Of a DNA stretch of 48,861 nucleotides, positions 46,701-48,861 are shown piece by piece. The stretch's first letter is position 1; every line of letters begins with the position of its first letter. The DNA lies in IMG/VR virus record IMGVR_UViG_3300020050_006655. The stretch is one strand, 5' to 3'. The stretch comes from a virus (Duplodnaviria > Heunggongvirae > Uroviricota > Caudoviricetes). The notes under the pieces are model-generated. The model did no database searches. It worked only from the letters and a program-made list of their open reading frames with translations, and had not been told where the DNA came from. Both the position numbers and the translations under genes were made by a program.

Positions 46701-46774
46701 TGCGCGGTGGTGGAAGTTGGTATCCCGCAAGGCTCATAACCTTGAGATCATCGGTTCGAGTCCGATCTGCGCAT
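46701..46774 (+). tRNA. tRNA with CAT anticodon (Met, or Ile2 if modified)
   Basis: Acceptor TGCGCGG/CTGCGCA; anticodon arm CAAGG-CTCATAA-CCTTG; T arm ATCGG-TTCGAGT-CCGAT; CCA not encoded. Confidence 0.88.
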
Positions 46775-46969
46775 CAACGATATATAAATGGTGAACTACT
46801 CATTGGAGTGTTAAGGTTCTTAAAAAGCATCAGAAACAGTGCCATTTGTACTATCAAAATCTAAACAGTTAATAATCAATTAGTTAGAGAAGAATAGGAT
46901 GTGTAGTATTTATAACACACTCAAATCTATCATAACTAATTGATAATCAATGATATTGAAAACAACAGT

Positions 46970-47467
46970 ATGAAAAAGACCGAAAAAGACCACTTAAATA
47001 CCAGTAAAAACCCATTTGTATTTGGGTTAAAGATACCTGTTAGAATGTTCAGGAAGAAGCATGAGAGTGCTGTTTCAACAGATAAGAACATACTACATAG
47101 ATATGAAGTCAGTACAACAGTACAGTCCGTTGTTATTGAACAGTTGCCAATAACCAAGGTATTTACTCCATTTGAATACAGGGAATACATATCAATGCTT
47201 AGTAAAGATGCTAAATGTTTGATGTTATGGTTATTATATGAATTGACACCCGGACAAGATTGGTTTCAATTGAACCGTAAAAGATATGTTGATGAAACAA
47301 AGTTATCTTATGTTGACTTAAATAACTCTGTAACACATTTGTGTAATGCTGCTGTTATTTGTCCAACAACAATTAAAGATTGCTATTGGATTAATCCATC
47401 ATTCTTTTTCGCTGGTGATAGAATCAGTAAATATCCTGATAATCTGGTTGGAGATAATCAGATATGA
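46970..47467 (+). CDS. RepL-like winged-helix protein
   Basis: LSKDAKCLMLWLL...CYWINPSFFFAGDR matches the RepL-family YxINPxxFFxG pattern. Confidence 0.65.
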   Translation: MKKTEKDHLNTSKNPFVFGLKIPVRMFRKKHESAVSTDKNILHRYEVSTTVQSVVIEQLPITKVFTPFEYREYISMLSKDAKCLMLWLLYELTPGQDWFQLNRKRYVDETKLSYVDLNNSVTHLCNAAVICPTTIKDCYWINPSFFFAGDRISKYPDNLVGDNQI

Positions 47468-47565
47468 TAGGAAAATCAATGAAACTTCTAATCTCAAATA
47501 ATCAATCAATTCTCAAACAATCAACTTATCCTGCTAATAACAGGATTACAAATAAATAAAACAAC

Positions 47566-48318
47566 ATGACTATTCAAAGGATACTTGAAGAAAAAATAGG
47601 ACAAACTATTGAAGTTTGTATCCTACAAAACGACCCAAAAAGTCCTCCGGGTTATTATAATACAATACCTTGGGAACCGGGCAATCCGGTCATCGGCTGT
47701 AAATTTCCATCAGACGATGATAATTTTCCTACTACCAATGTGGTGATAGGATCAGTTGAAGAATGTTGGGGATCTGAACCACATGGACACCCACAAAAAT
47801 GGTATGTGTTCGGGTTCACTCACATGGGTGAGAAAATGGCAATAGCGAGCATGTATTTACAGCAGACGGCAGGCCTTATGACGGCGGTTTCCGACATAAT
47901 GGAAAGTCAAGGAAAAAACGACCGAAAAAGTTTTGAAAATCAAAAGAAAGTGAAAACAGCAACTGCTATAGTCAACACGTTGGCGGCGGGTGTTAATGCC
48001 ATGGCTTCCGTTCCATATCCCGCAAGTCTTATCGCGCTTGCCACTGTTGTGGCGACTGGTTTTGCAAACGTGGCGAAAATACAGCAGACGAAATTCGACG
48101 GAGGCGGTTCTACGGGTGGAGCGTCAACGGGTGTAACCTCACCTGTGTCATCACAGGCGATAGTATCAGCTCCGAAAGTTGACAACACACTTGCGACCGT
48201 GCAAACAATATCAACCGACACAGCGAAACCACAGACGAATAAGGTATATATCTTGGAAAGCGACCTACAAGCGAGCGGAACGAAAGCCAATACCAGAGAA
48301 GCTGATAGCACGTTTTAA
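47566..48318 (+). CDS. Apparently chimeric ORF: unknown N-terminal ~88 aa fused to a tape-measure-like C-terminus of another phage
   Basis: Hydrophobic block ATAIVNTLAAGV...ALATVVATGFANVAKIQQTKFDGGG and end KVYILESDL typical of Bacteroidota phage tape-measure-like genes; CG content jumps at ~47830. Confidence 0.55.
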   Translation: MTIQRILEEKIGQTIEVCILQNDPKSPPGYYNTIPWEPGNPVIGCKFPSDDDNFPTTNVVIGSVEECWGSEPHGHPQKWYVFGFTHMGEKMAIASMYLQQTAGLMTAVSDIMESQGKNDRKSFENQKKVKTATAIVNTLAAGVNAMASVPYPASLIALATVVATGFANVAKIQQTKFDGGGSTGGASTGVTSPVSSQAIVSAPKVDNTLATVQTISTDTAKPQTNKVYILESDLQASGTKANTREADSTF

Positions 48319-48360
48319 TGACTTTTCGGAAAATTTTTATGTTTAATCGAGAAAAATTCT

Positions 48361-48368
48361 TATATTTG
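48361..48368 (+). promoter_or_regulatory. Bacteroidota -7 promoter element
   Basis: TATATTTG, 19 nt upstream of the ATG at 48388. Confidence 0.45.
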
Positions 48369-48387
48369 ACAGAGAAAACTTTGCAAA

Positions 48388-48861
48388 ATGAATAAACTAC
48401 CGATATACAACGCCGAAATAAAAGACGAACGAGACGGCATTATTGCTATCTCGTTCGTGGAAGAGCCTGCGGTGGAATCAAACTTTATGTTATTCGGAAA
48501 ACAGATTCCTTTGTTTTTCGCCAACGAAGAGAAAAAGAACATACTAGGCGTTATAATGCGTGCCGATTTTCCGATATACAGACGTGATGAAGACGGCAAC
48601 GAGTTCTATATTACCTATTCGGCTGACACTATCGCCAAAATGGCACAAAAATACTTTGTGAGCGGTGCGGTTAACACGACCTCAATCAACCACAACGGAG
48701 AGACGTTGGACGGTGTTTCACTCGTTCAGTGGTACATTAAAGACACAGACAAAGGGATAGTACCTAACGGCTTTGATGACGTTAAAGACGGCTCATTATT
48801 TGCCGAATTTCACATCGAAAACGAGGAGCTTTGGACGGCGTGCAAAGATGGAACTTTCAAA
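48388..48861 (+). CDS. XkdF-like / S78-type phage prohead protease, partial (runs off the window; not in the ORF track)
   Basis: MNKLPIYNAEI...ISFVEEPAVESNF...GVIMRADFPIYR...SINHNG...WTACKDGTFK, stopping just before the expected GFS catalytic motif. Confidence 0.75.
   Translation, partial: MNKLPIYNAEIKDERDGIIAISFVEEPAVESNFMLFGKQIPLFFANEEKKNILGVIMRADFPIYRRDEDGNEFYITYSADTIAKMAQKYFVSGAVNTTSINHNGETLDGVSLVQWYIKDTDKGIVPNGFDDVKDGSLFAEFHIENEELWTACKDGTFK

Noticed and set aside
47940-48599. Minus-strand ORFs 47940-48311 and 48360-48599
   Set aside because: Antisense shadows of the tape-measure-like and protease genes.
1-48861. Stop-codon reassignment (TAG to Gln or TGA to Trp), known in some crAss-like phages
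   Set aside because: All large genes are intact in the standard code, TAG and TGA act as stops at tight gene junctions, and no suppressor tRNA is seen.
1-48861. CRISPR array, rRNA or IS element
   Set aside because: No regularly spaced repeats, rRNA-like sequence or transposase found.

Overview
Nearly the whole window (1 to ~47.8 kb) is the virion-morphogenesis region of a crAss-like (Crassvirales-type) tailed phage. The host is probably a Bacteroidota, inferred from Q-rule signal peptides, TAnnTTTG promoter elements and AT-rich leaders without Shine-Dalgarno sites. The long minus-strand operon reads, in transcription order: HU/IHF-like, GroES-like, small accessory genes, terminase large subunit (split in its Walker A motif by a 926-nt group I intron carrying a LAGLIDADG endonuclease), GroEL-like chaperonin, portal, scaffold-like protein, major capsid protein, conserved crAss-type head/neck genes, four fibre-like proteins, a lysis cassette, a phosphoesterase, a nuclease, ring proteins, muzzle, and three cargo/ejection proteins (the last runs off the window). 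After a divergent intergenic region near 46.0-46.4 kb the + strand carries a small ORF, a tRNA(CAT) and a RepL-like gene. The last ~1 kb appears to belong to a different phage (tape-measure-like C-terminus plus XkdF-type protease) joined mid-ORF. The standard genetic code is used. The most unusual features are: (1) three translationally linked tail-fibre/depolymerase-like proteins that each start with a Bacteroidota-type Sec signal peptide; (2) a trimmed GroEL between terminase and portal, with a divergent GroES-like gene upstream; (3) a group I intron with no room for a P9 domain, whose endonuclease stop codon supplies the terminal G. All protein family calls come from motif recognition by eye; no database searches were run.
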